Assembly: GCF_009914755.1 (NCBI RefSeq) | Contig: NC_060941.1 | Source: the human T2T-CHM13v2.0 reference genome, Homo sapiens | Reading direction: 5' to 3' (one strand) | Length of the DNA: 64,000 nucleotides | Shown here: piece by piece, positions 33,754-47,555 of the stretch | Layout of the letters: every line of letters starts with the position of its first letter | Numbering within the stretch: the first letter of the stretch is position 1 | Notes under the pieces: model-generated | Told to the model about the DNA's origin: nothing | Seen by the model: the letters and a program-made list of their open reading frames with translations, nothing else | The model's database searches: none | Program-made: the position numbers and the translations under genes

Positions 33754-33863
33754 TTTTTTTTTTTTTTTTGAGACGGAGTTTCGCCTTTGTTGCCCAGGCA
33801 GGAGCGCAGTGGCGCGATCTTGACCCACAGCAACCTCCGCCTCCGGGTTCAAGAGATTCTCCT
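33754..33863 (-). mobile_element. AluSp/Sq right-arm end (broken at inversion breakpoint)
   Basis: gagacggagtttcgcctttgttgccc, poly(T). Confidence 0.9.
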
Positions 33864-33865
33864 CC

Positions 33866-34171
33866 TCTCAGGGGAGGCCTTCCCATGCCCCGACAGTGCA
33901 GAGATGCCCGACTGTGCAGTCTGGGTTTGGTGGCTGCAGCTGTGCCCGAGGGGGTGGGGCTCCTTCCTGCTCTGTGGAGTGGGAGGCCCGAGTCTGCAGC
34001 CATGACTTGGGCTGTTGTGGCTGCACCTGGGGAATTCCCTCCCCATCAGCTCGGAAGTGTTGTGATTCCCACTTGTTGCCAGCTCCACGGAGTGTGCAGC
34101 CCTGGCTGAGCTTCGCTGTTGCAGCCAGCGTAATGGCAGCGGCTGCCCCAGATGGGCTGCAGGCGCCATCA
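33866..34171 (-). mobile_element. MER52 LTR, 5' portion
   Basis: Minus strand starts TGATGGCGCCTGCAGCCCATCTGGGGCAGCCGCTGCC; GC-rich. Confidence 0.85.
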
Positions 34172-34750
34172 TTAGCACAGCCCTCTATGAAAAGCATTAT
34201 GGCTATTTCTCAAAGAACTAAAAGTAAATCTACCATTCAATCCAGCAGTCCTACTACTGGGTATCTACCCAAAGGAAAAGAAGTAGTGATATTGAAAAGA
34301 CACCTGCATGTATATGTTTATGGCAGCACAATTCACAATTGCAAAGATAATGGACCATCAATTGATAAGTGGATAATGAAAATGTGTTATATATACACCA
34401 TGGAATACTACTCAGCCATAAAAAATAAACAAAATGATGTCTTTTGCAGCAACTTGGATGGAGTTAGAGGCTATCATTCTAAGTGAAGTAACTCAGAAAT
34501 GGAAAACCAAATATATATTCTGACTTCTAAGTGGGAGCTAAGCTATGGGTACACAAAAGCATACAGAGAGGTATAATGGACACTGGATACTCAGAAGTGG
34601 GGCGAGTGAGCAGGGGTGAGGGATGAAAAATCACATATTGGGTACAATGTACACTCCTTGGTGACCAGTGCACTAAAATCTGACTTCACCACTATACAAT
34701 TCATCCATATGACCAAAAACCACTTGTACCCCAAAAGCTGTTGAAATAAC
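34172..34750 (+). mobile_element. L1PB (PB3-like), 3' portion of copy A
   Basis: ORF2 end (YTMEYYSAIK) and L1PB 3' UTR. Confidence 0.9.
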
Positions 34751-34754
34751 AAGA

Positions 34755-34885
34755 TTATATGTATATGCGATTATATATATATAATTATATATATGTGTGT
34801 GTGTTCCTGGTTTATTTTATATATATAATTTATATATATACATATATATGTGTGTGTGTGTATATATGTGTATATATATAAAACC
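34755..34885. repeat. (TA/TG)n low-complexity tract
   Basis: Direct inspection. Confidence 0.9.
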
Positions 34886-34930
34886 AGGAGAAATTCTAAC
34901 TGGGCTAAATATATAAATATATATTTATAA

Positions 34931-35231
34931 TTTCTTGTTTGTTTGTTTGAGACAGAGTCTCACTCTATCACCCAGGCTGGAGCGCAGTGGCGCCATCTTG
35001 GCTCACCGTAACCTCTGCCTCCTGGGTTCAAGCGATTCTCATGCCTCAGCCTCTTAACGTAGCTGGGTTTACAGGCATGTGCCATCCTACCCTGCTAATT
35101 TTTGTAATTTTAGTAGAGATGGGGCTTTGCCATGTTGACCAGGCTGGTATCAAACTCCTGACCTCAAGCAATTGGTCTGCCTTGACCTCCCAAAGTGTTG
35201 GGATTATAGGCGTAAGCCACTGCACCCAACC
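34931..35231 (-). mobile_element. AluS
   Basis: Antisense dimeric Alu with (TTTG)n tail. Confidence 0.92.
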
Positions 35232-35887
35232 TATAATTGTTTTTAATAATTATTATAGGCATTACAGCCCAAAAAACTGAATGACATTTCTTCACATGAA
35301 TCTATTACTCTTACTTATACTGAGAAGTGGATATCATAGCATCCACTCACAACTTAACAGACTACTGACAGACACAGCACAAGGAGTTTTGCATTTAAGG
35401 TATCTATGTGATGTTCTTCTACGTGATGTTTCAGTTTTCAATTCCTTTCTCTGTACAACTGTAAACCTTCAATTAAAAAGTGCTCTGTGGGGTCATTTGG
35501 CCTTCACTTAGTGCTAATGCAATTAGCGTCACAAAAGCAAGGGCCCTGAAATTGTATGGAAAAACTCTGTTATCCAGTGGTCATCTAGAACAGGCAGAAT
35601 GTTTTTAGATTAAGTTCAGTGATGTATTATCATTGAAGTGAAAACAGAATTTAAAATTCACATGGAACTTTCAGACCTCAGGGTGTGCTTTTGCTGATAC
35701 TCATGTGTGTGCAGTTGACGGTTTGTTACAGTGCTACATATTATTGATGTTCCAGTGCTCTTTTTGTATTTCCTCTCTTCCTAAGCTTCCTGGCTGACAT
35801 AGCCTCTCTGTGCATAGCCTTCTACAATCATCATGTTACCATGCAAATGAAAAGTCTAGTTATATCTATATCTACATTTATCTGTCC

Positions 35888-36178
35888 TTTTTTTTTTGAG
35901 ACAGGGTCTTGCTCTGTTGCCCAGGCTGGAGTGCAGTGGTGCGATCTCAGCTCACTGCAACCTCTGCCTCCAGGTTCAAGTGATTCTCCTGCCTCAGCCT
36001 CCCAAATAGCTGGGATTACAGGTGCACACCACCACCCCTGGCTAATTTTTATATTTTTAGTAGATATAGGATTTCACCATGTTGGCCAGGCTGTTCTTGA
36101 ACTCCTGACCTCAAGTGATCCACTTGCCTCGGCCTCCCAAAGCGCTGGGATTACAGGTGTGAGCCACTGTGCCCAGCC
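35888..36178 (-). mobile_element. AluSx/Sz
   Basis: Antisense dimeric Alu. Confidence 0.93.
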
Positions 36179-37855
36179 TGTGTATTTTTATGTAAATTTA
36201 AGGTAAAAAGTAGCACCATTGCGTGCCTTTTCAAAATTGCTCTTTGTTGTATCTTGCATATTATTCCTCACTGATGAGAAATTCTGATAAGATAAATACC
36301 ACTGAGCAACTATAATTCATGGGAATACTTTGTTTAAGGTTCATGCCTAAATTTCTGTATCACAGATTCCCAAGTCTGAAATTATCTGAAATTATAGCCC
36401 ATATCCAAATATGCAGCCGCTAAACTCAAGTTAGAACTGTGATTCTTTCTTAGCTGCGTCTTTATTTTCTGTAAATGTGAGAGGATTGCATAAAATAATC
36501 ACTGGCACTATGGTTAGGCCAAGTATTCTTTGATTCTCAGGTTTCTCATCTGATTTAATTAATCTTTTTTATGGACTACAGTAATGACCCCACTGGACAA
36601 GACGATTCATGAGGATTGGAACTTCATCTATTTTCTTTATGCTTTATTCCTCAGCATGAAGTTTTGCACATATTAGGCACTCAATAAGTAAGTATAGAAT
36701 TAGCATTTATTGAATCTCAATAATATAACCCCAGACATCAGATTTGTCTCTATTCATCAGCCACACAGATCTGATCATGATATTCTTCCACTTCACAATC
36801 TCTGAATGGACTCGCATTGCCTACTTAGAAAGTGAAATCTAAATCCCTTCCAATGGCATCTAAGGGCATTCACAATCCAGTTCGCCGTACGTGATGATGT
36901 AGTAAAATGTCAGCCAGGAAACTTAGGAAGAGAGGAAAAACAGAAAGTATTAGTACCATTTCCGCCACTCTGCCCTCTGTACAACAGCCACATTAAACTA
37001 TTTATTGTGACTTATTATTATGACTATGAAACTGTCATTTCATTGCTCCATCCACCAATTTTGAAAGTGATACCTTTTTACAAGTTTGATTTGCATCTCC
37101 AGTAAATGTAGAGAGCTGAGATTTCCCCACATATTTTAAGTAAATGACTTTGTTTTTGTCATTTTTGCTATGGGTATATGGGTATTTCATTTTTTCTGTT
37201 ATTAATATGGGCATTTTGCTGATTTGGAGCTTGTGTTTAATTCTTAATATATGACTACTACTAATTTTTATGATAAATCCTTTACATAATCTTAACACTC
37301 CATTCATTTGTTCTTTTAACTATTGTTTCATAATTTTTTCTTTATTTTAAAATATTTTAGTTTGTGTAATCCAAACTTTTTCTGGAAGTCTGAAAATAAT
37401 TTATCTTCTCTAAACAATGAAAAAATATATGCTATTGGTTATATGTGTTTTACATTAATTATTAATATTCCGCTATTCAAAATGTCTGTTCAATTTCTCC
37501 TATTAGTTTACTAAATTTATACCTATGATATCTGTATGCATTTAGCAAAATTAAACTTTGAAATAATTAAAAATGGTATAATTTAGCATTTCCAACTTCT
37601 TCCTCTTGCTCTTATTTTTATTTGATCTGTTGCTAACTATATTTCCTTTGGCTTATAGTTGAATGTTTGAAAGTTCAAGTTTTTCTTTTTTATTTCCACT
37701 TGGACTTTATCTTGTCATTTTTAAGCTAAAGAAGTTAATTGCTGAATTTTTTGAGTCCTCAAAAAAGCTTACTGAAAGTTTATGGGAAACTGAAAAGATG
37801 TGGAGATTTCTAGGCAGCTGAAAGTTTTAAACATTTTTTTACTTATTGTAAAATT

Positions 37856-38226
37856 TCCTTCCTTCCTTCCTTCTTTCCTTCCTTCCTTCCTTCCTTCCTT
37901 CCTTCCTCCCTTTCTCACTTTCTCTCTTTCTTTCTTTCTCATAATCTTGCTCGGTCACCCAGGCTGGAGTGCGGTGGCATGATCTTGGCTCACTGCAATC
38001 TCTGCTTCCTGGGTTCAAGAGATTCTGCTGCCTCAGACTCATGAGTAGATGGGACTACAGGCATGTGCCACCATGCCCAGCTAATTTATTTTATTTTTTG
38101 TATTTTTAGTAGAGATGGGGTTTCACTATTTTGGTCAGGGTGGTCTTGAACTCCTAACCTCAGGTGATCCACCTGCCTCAGCCTCCCAAAGACTGGGATT
38201 ACAGGTGTGAACCACCGCGCCCGGCC
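37856..38226 (-). mobile_element. AluSx with (TTCC)n tail microsatellite
   Basis: Antisense Alu; TSD tgtaaaa. Confidence 0.92.
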
Positions 38227-40254
38227 TGTAAAAGTAGTTTCTATACTTTCATTTAACTGGACAATCCAAATAATAATTTCATTTTCATTCATGTCAATTG
38301 AGAAGTGCAGTACCACATTCCCTGACATCAGGGAACTCTCCATCTAGTTAGGAGCGCAGAAGAGGAACAGATAATGAACAATACTGCAATTCATTAAGGG
38401 CCCTGCTAGCTGTATGAGTAATGCACTACAGGAGTGTAGAGGTAAGAAATTATAGCACTTAACCTTTCTGAAGTAGAGAATTCTATGATGACTTCATTAA
38501 GAAAATCACCTTCCCAGAATTTTAAGACTGAGTAGATCACAGCCAGTAGGAAAAGGATATTTTACCTAGGTCATACTCATTGTATTATGGCTTGGAAGAA
38601 TGTTTCCTTTCTAAGTATTTTACTTTTAGAGAGGTGATAGTGCCTTTGATTTTTCTCAATGCTTTTGTCCCTTGGCTATGCTACTGAGTGTGAACAAATT
38701 TCCTATTGTCTAAGGGACTGGTCATGAGATATAGGATACCACTGTTATAAAACTGTTTCTTTCTAGGGTTTTTGTTTTATTTACTAATGGGATTCATCCA
38801 GCATTTTCCAGTGTTTTCCATGGTAATTAGGGCTGAAGGATGCGCTAAGGAAACAAAAGTTCAAATATTTGCAAATAGCCACATGTGATTCCTTTCTTGG
38901 AGATTAACAATGCATAGCTCTAACAGTGAGGTTAAAAAATCATACTGGCAGGCACTAGATTTCATCTTTAAAAAAGTGTTGTATTTCTTTCATAAAATAC
39001 CTTTATAAGCTGCTAGGAGAAGAAAGTGTGGCACCGAGGACTTGGGTTAGCAAGATACAAAATCGCGCAAGAGACAACTAACTCACTGTGCATTGGAAAT
39101 GCAAAGGAATTTGAGGGTGGAAGAAGAGTAGAGAAAATTTGAGGGTGGGAGCAAGAGAAAGGAGAAATGAGTATGACTCAGTGATGTGGTGGATTTTAGT
39201 TATTTGCATTGCTGCCATGTCTGTTTATTATAGTCTGTTGCACACACCAAGAACTTGTACAAGAAGAATGTAACTGATTTTTGCATGTAGATCAACACCA
39301 GACTGGAATTAGAGTAAGGCACAGTAAAGAACAAAGATTCAGAGAAAGCCAGAAGACAGATCCATTGGTGATTACAGGCATGTAAACCTTGTAGTATTTC
39401 ATTGAAATCACGGGGAAGATAATGGATTTTACCTCAAGGCAAAAAGAAGGGGTTCATACAATCTTTTTTTAATCTTAAAATACAGGAGACCACAGCTGGC
39501 ACGGGGATTGTATGCATGCAGTAAATGTGTTATTTTTATAATCAGATTAATTAAAGATTCTGTTTTTATTTCTAAAAATAATTCTCAAATTTTGTTTTGC
39601 TCTGATAGGCTTTTGGTAGGTATTTGGCAGCAGAGTACTCCACAAGACTATCTTCTCCAAGATTATAAACCCCACGAAGTGTCTGGAATGTAGCTATTTA
39701 AGGTTGCCTATTACAAATACACATGTCTTAGTAGATAGTCGAGCTGAGGTAAGGCTGACATTTTTAAGTGCAAATTGTTAAGTCTGAGAAGCACAGGTGA
39801 TGAACACAAGGATATCTCACCACTTCTATTAGGTGGCCTAAAGGAGTGTCCTCAGTTCAGCATCTCACAACAATCAATATATTGGTTTAGGCTTAAAACA
39901 TTCTTTAACTTATTCCTGATTTTCTTTTGTTTGGGAGAACCAGGGAGCTGGAACCTCACCTAATTGCAACTTTTAAGGTCATTATCTATTCTTGAAAACG
40001 TATTCATACTGTTTATATTTCATTTTCAACCATCTTGATCCCTGGAAATACACTGTTTGGTCCCTAGGTTCACCTATCACCTTTAGGTCATGACCACAGG
40101 TCTACAGATTTAACCTCCATGCCATGGATTGGCCTTGGACCTAGAGTTCTCTTAGATCTGGTATACCACAGCTTCCTGGAACTTCTCCTGGTGCTTTGCT
40201 TCTACCCACATGGGTAGGTGCTTTGCTTCTACCCAATCTCTGCCTCAAGAGTCC

Positions 40255-40495
40255 AGGTAGCATAGGGGTTAAGAGTGTGCAATTGGGTGCCAAATGGTTG
40301 ACTTCTAATCTTGGCTTGGCTGTTTAGTAACAGTGATTGTGTAAGTGATTTGACCTCTCTAACTCTCAGTGACTCATCTATAATGCGGGAATAAAAATAC
40401 TTCCTTCCTCAGAGATTGTTGTGAAGATTAATTAGATAACGCATGAAAAATCCTAGTACATTCTCTAGCATATCATAAGTGTTCAGTAAACAAAA
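40255..40495 (+). mobile_element. MIR (further MIR pieces at ~40620-40860 and ~41010-41310)
   Basis: tagcataggggttaagagtg...tgacctctctaactctcag...tgttgtgaagatta. Confidence 0.7.
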
Positions 40496-41719
40496 GCTGT
40501 AACTTTATGTATTATTTCAATTTCTATTTTCCTCCTACCTTCTTTGGTGCTTTTGTTGGGCTGACAACAGAGCCTGCTGAACCTCCATCAGTTCCCACAC
40601 TTTCCCTTCTTGTCAGCAGGATGCAGTAGAAAGAGCATGGACCTGGAAATGTGATAGACCTAGTTCAGAACTGTGCTTACACAACTTTTGTGAACTCATG
40701 GCCTTGTATTGTATAATATTTAATGTCCTGAAGCCTTAGTTTCCTCACCTATAAAGTGGAGATAATAAAACAAACTTATAGAGGTTGTTGAAAATTAATA
40801 GATATCCTCACCCTTCCCACTCCAGTGAGCAAGGTGCCTTGCCCATAGTCAATTGTTATTGAAAACAAGCACCCCACTTTTTCCTCGTATCTAAATTTCT
40901 TTCAGATTCCACCCAGGTCATCCAAATTCTGATCTGGGATCAACACTGCTCTCCTCCTATTCCTACCTTACCAGAAAGGCCATATCTTTAGGCCTTATGC
41001 AAGGATACACTAGTAGAATGGTGAAAACCTGGATTTGATTCCTACTTTTCCCCATGTTTGTGCTCAGTAACTTCAGGTAAGTTTTTAAATTTCTGACATT
41101 TAATTTTCTTCTTCTTAAAATAGAGAGAATGAAACTCATTTCAAAAGGTTGTTGTGGAGATCAACTTAAATTTGCTTACGTAGTAAATTTTGAACACCTG
41201 CTATGTGCCAGCCATAGTGCAAGGTACTGGGATTTCAATAGTGAGCCACCTAGAGAGTGCAAGTGTATGGTGCTTAGCACAGTGCCTGGTGTACAGGAAG
41301 CATGAACATGTAATGTATGTCATCATCATCATCATCATCTCCACATCATGCTACATAAGCACAGAATAATTCAATAAATTAATTACAAATAAAATAAATA
41401 CATTTTCTATAAAATATATTTATATAAAATGTAAATAAAATAATTACATTTTAAATTCTCTAATCCAAATCAAAATAAATAAATCTTTGAATTATTATAG
41501 GAATTCTTGGGAGATATGTCTTCTCACAGAGGTTTCCGTGATCCCCATGAGCATCTAGCTACAGTTAAAAGCCACAGTAATGTAAAAATGTATTCAAATG
41601 ATGCCAACATACAACTGAGGTTGTAAACCACTGGTGTAGAGTCTACTGTAGTGTAGTTAGTACCTGACTGAAGGAGATGAGTAGGCCAGGTTGTCCTAAA
41701 GAACTAATAATATTTTCAA

Positions 41720-42150
41720 AATTAAGTGATTGAACAGTGGAATGGATAAATTGTGGTATATTCATATAATGGAATACTACACAGCAATGAAAGAGATCTT
41801 GTTAAATGTAACAAAGAGGAAATCTCACAAATATTATATTGGCCAAAAGATGCCAGATGGCAAAAAGAGTACATACTGTATGATTCAATGTATATGATGA
41901 CAAAGACAGACAAAACTAATCCATGATGACAGAAGTCAGCATAGTGGTTCCCTCCAGTGGTGGGTATTGATTGAGCAGGTTATGAAGGAAGCTTTATAGT
42001 TAGATAGACAGATAGATAAACAGCTTTGTTTAATTCATACACACATACACATGTGTGTGCACATGCACGGAAATTTACCAAGGTGTTTATTGAAGATACG
42101 TGTACATTATCAAATGTAACATTTACATCAATAAAATATAAATTAAAAAT
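41720..42150 (+). mobile_element. Old L1 (L1ME/MD-type) 3' end
   Basis: aatggataaattgtggtatattcat..aatggaatactac...caataaaa. Confidence 0.75.
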
Positions 42151-42165
42151 TAGGTAATAAATATC

Positions 42166-42539
42166 TGCATTAGTCTGTTTTCATACTTCTGTAAAGATAC
42201 TACCTGAAACTGGGTAGTTTATAAAGGAAATAGGTTTAATTGACTCAGTTCCACATGGCTGGGAAGGCCTCAGGAAACTTACAATCATGGTGGAAGGTGA
42301 AGGGGAAGTAAGGACCTTTTTCACATGGCAGCAGGAGAGAAGAGCCAGCCAGAGCAGGGAAAACTGCCTTATAAAACCATCAGATCTCATGAGAACTCAC
42401 TCACTATCATGCGAACAGCATGGGGGAAACTGCTCCCATTATCCAATCACCTCCCACCAGGCCCCTCCTTTGACATGTGGGGATTACGGGGATTATAATT
42501 CAGTATGAGATTTGGGTGGGATACAGCCAAACCATATTG
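42166..42539 (-). mobile_element. THE1D/THE1C MaLR solo LTR
   Basis: ccatcagatctcatgagaactcactcactatca core; 5-bp TSD atatc/gtatc. Confidence 0.88.
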
Positions 42540-42567
42540 GTATCTGTATAGACCTCTCACTCTCTCT

Positions 42568-42778
42568 GATATATAGTGTGTGTGCATATATATAAATATA
42601 CATATATATTGTGTGTATATATACATATATAGTGTGTGTATATGTATGTGTATATATACATGTGTGTATATGTATGTGTATATATACATACTATATATGT
42701 ATATTGTATATATGAATGTATATTGTATATATATAGAAATATGAATAATAATATATACATATTTCTCTCTCTCTCTCT
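42568..42778. repeat. (TA/TG)n and (TC)n simple repeats
   Basis: Direct inspection. Confidence 0.9.
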
Positions 42779-44539
42779 TTCTTATTTGCCTTTCAGTTCT
42801 TGCTTGGTTGATGCTGGCATCATTAAATTTTTATCATTAAATTTTGTTTGTGTTTTCCAAGTGTTTTTACTCTTCTCTGCCTTTCTCAGGCTTCCCAGCA
42901 GCACTTAGTGAGGAGGAGGCTGATCAATGGGTGGTGGGGAAAGTAGCTGAGCAAACATAAAGGTAGACTTGAACTTAAACTGCACTGTCAATCGTCAGTC
43001 ATTCTTAAAGTGGGTCATCTGTATATAGATGATCACTTGTTATAAGGGGATGTTAACAATTTTTTCCCTTGGAGTTGGCAGTGGAGCACTGGGGTGTCTC
43101 ACACTGGCCCAGAAGAACATAGAATAATGGTAGTGACAAGATGCAGGTTTTTAGTTCTCCAAGTTATTATCTGAGTATGTGATAATGGCCTTGGGTGTGT
43201 TGGGATAGGATAGAGGTAAGAATAGGGAGGAAAAATACGGGCTGAGAACACTTTCCTACATACAGATTTTGGCATCTGCCATCCTTTTCTTTAGATTTGG
43301 TTGATACCAGAGAGGGTAAGAGATGGTGCTGGCCCAATTTCCTGTCTCTTTATGACTTGGCAGTGGAGAGTGGCCATGCTGGTGCCTGTGTAGAGTATGG
43401 CTTGCTCCCAGAAGTTTGAAAAAGAAAGTAATCGATAATCAGACACTCACTATGTTATATGTGACTATGTGCTCTGAAAATTCACTTCCCAGCTGGGCCT
43501 GCAGCCATGGAGAGGAGAAGAGTGGAGGCAATCACCAAGGTCTATAATGGATTTTTTTTTTTTTTAAGAGCAGATGAGAAGGAGAAAGAGAGAAATAGGG
43601 CTAGAACAAAAGAGAAAATAGAAACTGAGTGGTGCTGGGAAGGTAGAAAAGACAGAAACCAATTACTAAAGAATAGCTGCTTGACAACCTCCAAATCATA
43701 ATTAGGAGAGACTTCCTGGCCTCACATTTTCCACATAAACACTCAGGCACTGGGCAAAGTTAATGGGTCCCTGACTGCTGCACAAGAGAGAGCCTCTGTC
43801 CAAACCCAGCAGTGATTGACGTCACAGACGGAGTGTCTCAGAGTAATGTGCTCCGCTCCCCTCATTTATATGTTTGACCCTAACCTTTCCCAGATGTGCA
43901 ACTGTTCTTCCTTCCAAAAAGGGGCTTTCAACACTGGGCATTGTGTGCTCTCTGAATCCAGCCCTGCAGCAAAAACAAAAGTCCAAGTTCCTGAGTTTTG
44001 GAACTGGACTTGTGAGTTGGAGTATCTCTGGACTGTTTGGTGTCCCCTCTGGAAGCTCGTATAATGGGGTTTCTGTGCTTATGTGCTTGTGATCTCATGC
44101 CTCGAGCTGCTCCTTAGTATCTGGCTGGCCGCCTCTCTTTGGCCACGAAGAGGTGGGAGTACGACAAGGCACAAACAAGGTCTTTTATGATCTGGTTCCA
44201 GCCTACTCCTCCACTCCTGCCTGAACTCCTCCCATTCCCTGGTTCGAGGCACAGATATGATTTGCCATTGTACTAAGACGTCTTGGTGACCCATGGTCCT
44301 GTGGCTTTCCCTACCTTGTTTAGGCTACTCTCTTACCCAATTCTCTCTCTTTGATTTGGTGGACACCAAGTCCTCATTCAGTTAGGAAGGTAGTGCAAAC
44401 TTCCTCTATTCCTGGAAGTTTTTTCTAACTCCCTTCCCTGTCCCCTCCTAGTTTGAATTGGCTGCTTGCTTTGTAACTCTCCAGCGCTGCTTTGCAAGAA
44501 TCTTCACCTTAACCTCTTCACTATTGGTGTGTTTACCTC

Positions 44540-44705
44540 TCTCTGCTTTATGTTTGAGTTAGTTGTTCATGTGTCTGTTTCTCTAACTCAGTTGTAAGCC
44601 TTTTAAGAGCAAGGACCAGATCTTGCCCATCTTTGAACCTCCAGCATTTAGTACTTAGCCTGGTATGTAACAGGTATTCAGTAAATATTTGTTGAATGAA
44701 TTCAT
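44540..44705 (+). mobile_element. L2 3' end
   Basis: tgtaagccttttaagagcaaggacc...aaatatttgttgaatgaat. Confidence 0.75.
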
Positions 44706-46595
44706 GAATATTGCCAAGGAAATGAGGATGATGATGTAACATAAGTTATGTACAGTGTCTTGATGGCCTTGGAAGGGTTAGTATTAACAAAACATCAAGA
44801 CTTGTTACCTCTAATGAAGAACAGCATAGGAAAATAAACATTAAATTTATACAATAGGGACAATTACTGCTGCTATTACAGGTCCCTGTTACTTCCTAAG
44901 TACTTAACTGATATTATCTCATTTTCTTCTTACCACATCCCTTTTCCAAGTGGCATGTGGATTTTATAATTATTGTTTATATTATTTCAAGTTTCTTGAC
45001 AACATGATTTTGTAGCCTGCAGTGGAGACGTGTTCCAAGACCTCTCAACCCTTTGGAAAGCCCTAAATCCTTTTGCTGCAAAGCAAGTATACTATCTATT
45101 ACAATGCAGCTAAACAAAGGATTATGGCTTCAAAAATCCCTCTGTGCTTTTTACATGAAAATCAAACTTCCCTTCCCCTGTGCACTTGGAGTTACCAGCC
45201 CTCCTTTCCCCAAATGTAAGACTTCTGATGTAAGGCCAGATTCATGGAGGGAGAGCAGAGGCCAACAGCTGGGTTTAATTAGTATGCTTTTGCCCTCGTA
45301 TCTTGAAAAACCTATGCTCCACACTAGGCTTTCATTTGAGAGAAAGGGAACTCGAGTTGTAACAAAATCTCCAAATGCAGAAGAAATGAAGAGAGGGCTG
45401 AGGAAGCATTTGCACCAACTTGCCTTCCTATGATCTGACTTTGGTCTATCTACTCATTATATGGTCCTCTCTCCCCTCCTCCTCAAGGAATCTGACTCCA
45501 GTTGTACAGAACTCAAAGAAAGCAGAGGAAGTCTTGATGCTGTTGCTTTAAACCACCAGGAGGCAAATATCTCTTTTCTAGTGATGTAAAGATGATTTCA
45601 GGACTTATTGTAGTCAGAGGGCTAGAGGCTCCAAGGTATCTACTTACTACCATTTTCAATTAGTGGAGTTGGGATAGAGAAAAAAGGAGTGGATAAGAGG
45701 GAGAGAAAAAGAAAAGTCCACTTACCTGACCTCCCCCTGGAATCTGGTGATCTGACCATTGCCAGAAATGGTAATGTCTTCCTATAGTGAAAATTTTTCA
45801 GCTTCCCACTGAAAGATGTCTACAGATGTCCATAGCAATGTTCAAATTGTTGCCTCTCTTTATAGATAAGTAGACCTGCATGTTAGCAGAGTTAAGGGCT
45901 AAGTGGATTAGGCCCTTCAGAATTGTTCAGAATTCATAACTATGTAAGATAATTTATAAATTATGTAATTAATGCTAAAACCAGTCCTTAAATATTTTGG
46001 TTTCCTTTTTTTCTATGCAAGCCTCCTTAACAACTATGTTCACTGAAACAGGATAAAGTGGCTTTCTAGTGTTATGGGGATTTTCCCAAGGAAGCTGTGA
46101 ATTTATGAAGCTGGGAGCTCTGTAGGAAATTAATATTTTGAATCAGGAACAAAAGATGTGTGTTTTTCCAGAGTTATGGTGGCTAGGAATGTGAAGATTA
46201 CACTCTCCCTTGTAATTTCAAACTCTTTGTTATTTTCTTTAAATGTAATAATGTTGGACATAGAACTTTAGCTTATGAAAGCTTTAAAATCATAGGATAA
46301 GACTTCCATCCACTTAAACTTTGGTTGACTGATATTTCCAAGTAGATAAAGCTGAAAGAATGATGGGAAAAAGTAAAAATAATCCTCAGCCAAATCAGAT
46401 AGAGGGACAAGAGGAGAGAAGGGAAAAGAGCAAAACACAAACCTAACACACCAAAAAGGAGGGAGGAAACCTGGGAAAGTGAAGCTATCCCGATTACTTC
46501 CCCAGTCAGGAAATTATTGCTTAGTTAATTTAATGGGTACAGGGAAGAGCGAAGTCAACACACTATGGTCCAGATGAGAGATTTAACTCCCACTT

Positions 46596-46597
<2 letters not shown>

Positions 46598-46628
<31 letters not shown>
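46598..46628 (+). repeat. Isolated A31 homopolymer
   Basis: Direct inspection; no upstream SINE body. Confidence 0.95.
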
Positions 46629-46630
<2 letters not shown>

Positions 46631-47555
46631 AACATTCCACTCCAATGACAGTGGATAGGGAAGAATAATAAAACTTAGTAGTGATGTTTTAGGGATTATG
46701 ATCTACTGAATTACTGTTTCTAACAGACATGATGTGACTATATGCGAAGCATGGGTCAGGTATGTATAAGAATAGAGAGAAATAGGTCACTTGATCTTCC
46801 ATCAAAGTGGCCTTGAGTTTTCTGAAGGGATATGAATTAATGAGATGAAAAGGTAGTCCAGAAAAACTGAGTGTTGGCTGAGAATAAGTCCCACCCACCC
46901 TAAGGTTCCAAACTGCATAGCTGGCATTATGAACCATTTTTCTCTCCTGTCCCCGTGTGTGGTAGATGCTCACCCTCTCATTCTTTCTAGATAGCCTTTA
47001 TCAGATTAAGGAAGTTCCCTTGTATTCCAGTTTGCTAAAGATTTAAAAATTATTCATATAATACTAAAAAGTTTTATGATATCTTTTTCATCTATTAAGG
47101 TGATTATATGAGTTTATTTTTCTTTATTCTCTTAATTTGCGGAATCGTATTGGTTAACTTTAGTATGAAACAACAGGGCACGCCCAGAATAAACGCAACT
47201 TGGTTATTCTTTTTGGGAGATTGCAGAATTGGATTTACTAATACTCTGTTGAGGATGTTTGGATCTGTGTACATGAGTAAGAGACTGGCCTATACATTTC
47301 CTTCTTCATAAATCCTTGGTGCATTTAGCTTAGTATTATATCAAGATTCTATTGGCTTAAAAATGGGTTTATAATTGTTTTCTCTTCTACTCTCTGGAAG
47401 AGTTTAGCTAAGACTAGTTTTGTTTCTTTCTTAAATGTTTGGAAAAATTCACTGGTGAAGATACCAGGGCCTAAGGTTTTTCTTCATTTATTAATTAGTA
47501 TTCAACTTATTTAATGAGTACAGGACATTTGTACATATAAACATATATGTATATG

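Noticed and set aside
33603-34486. 168-aa and 196-aa ORFs
   Set aside because: Chance read-through across MIR, Alu, GC-rich MER52 and L1 at the inversion junction
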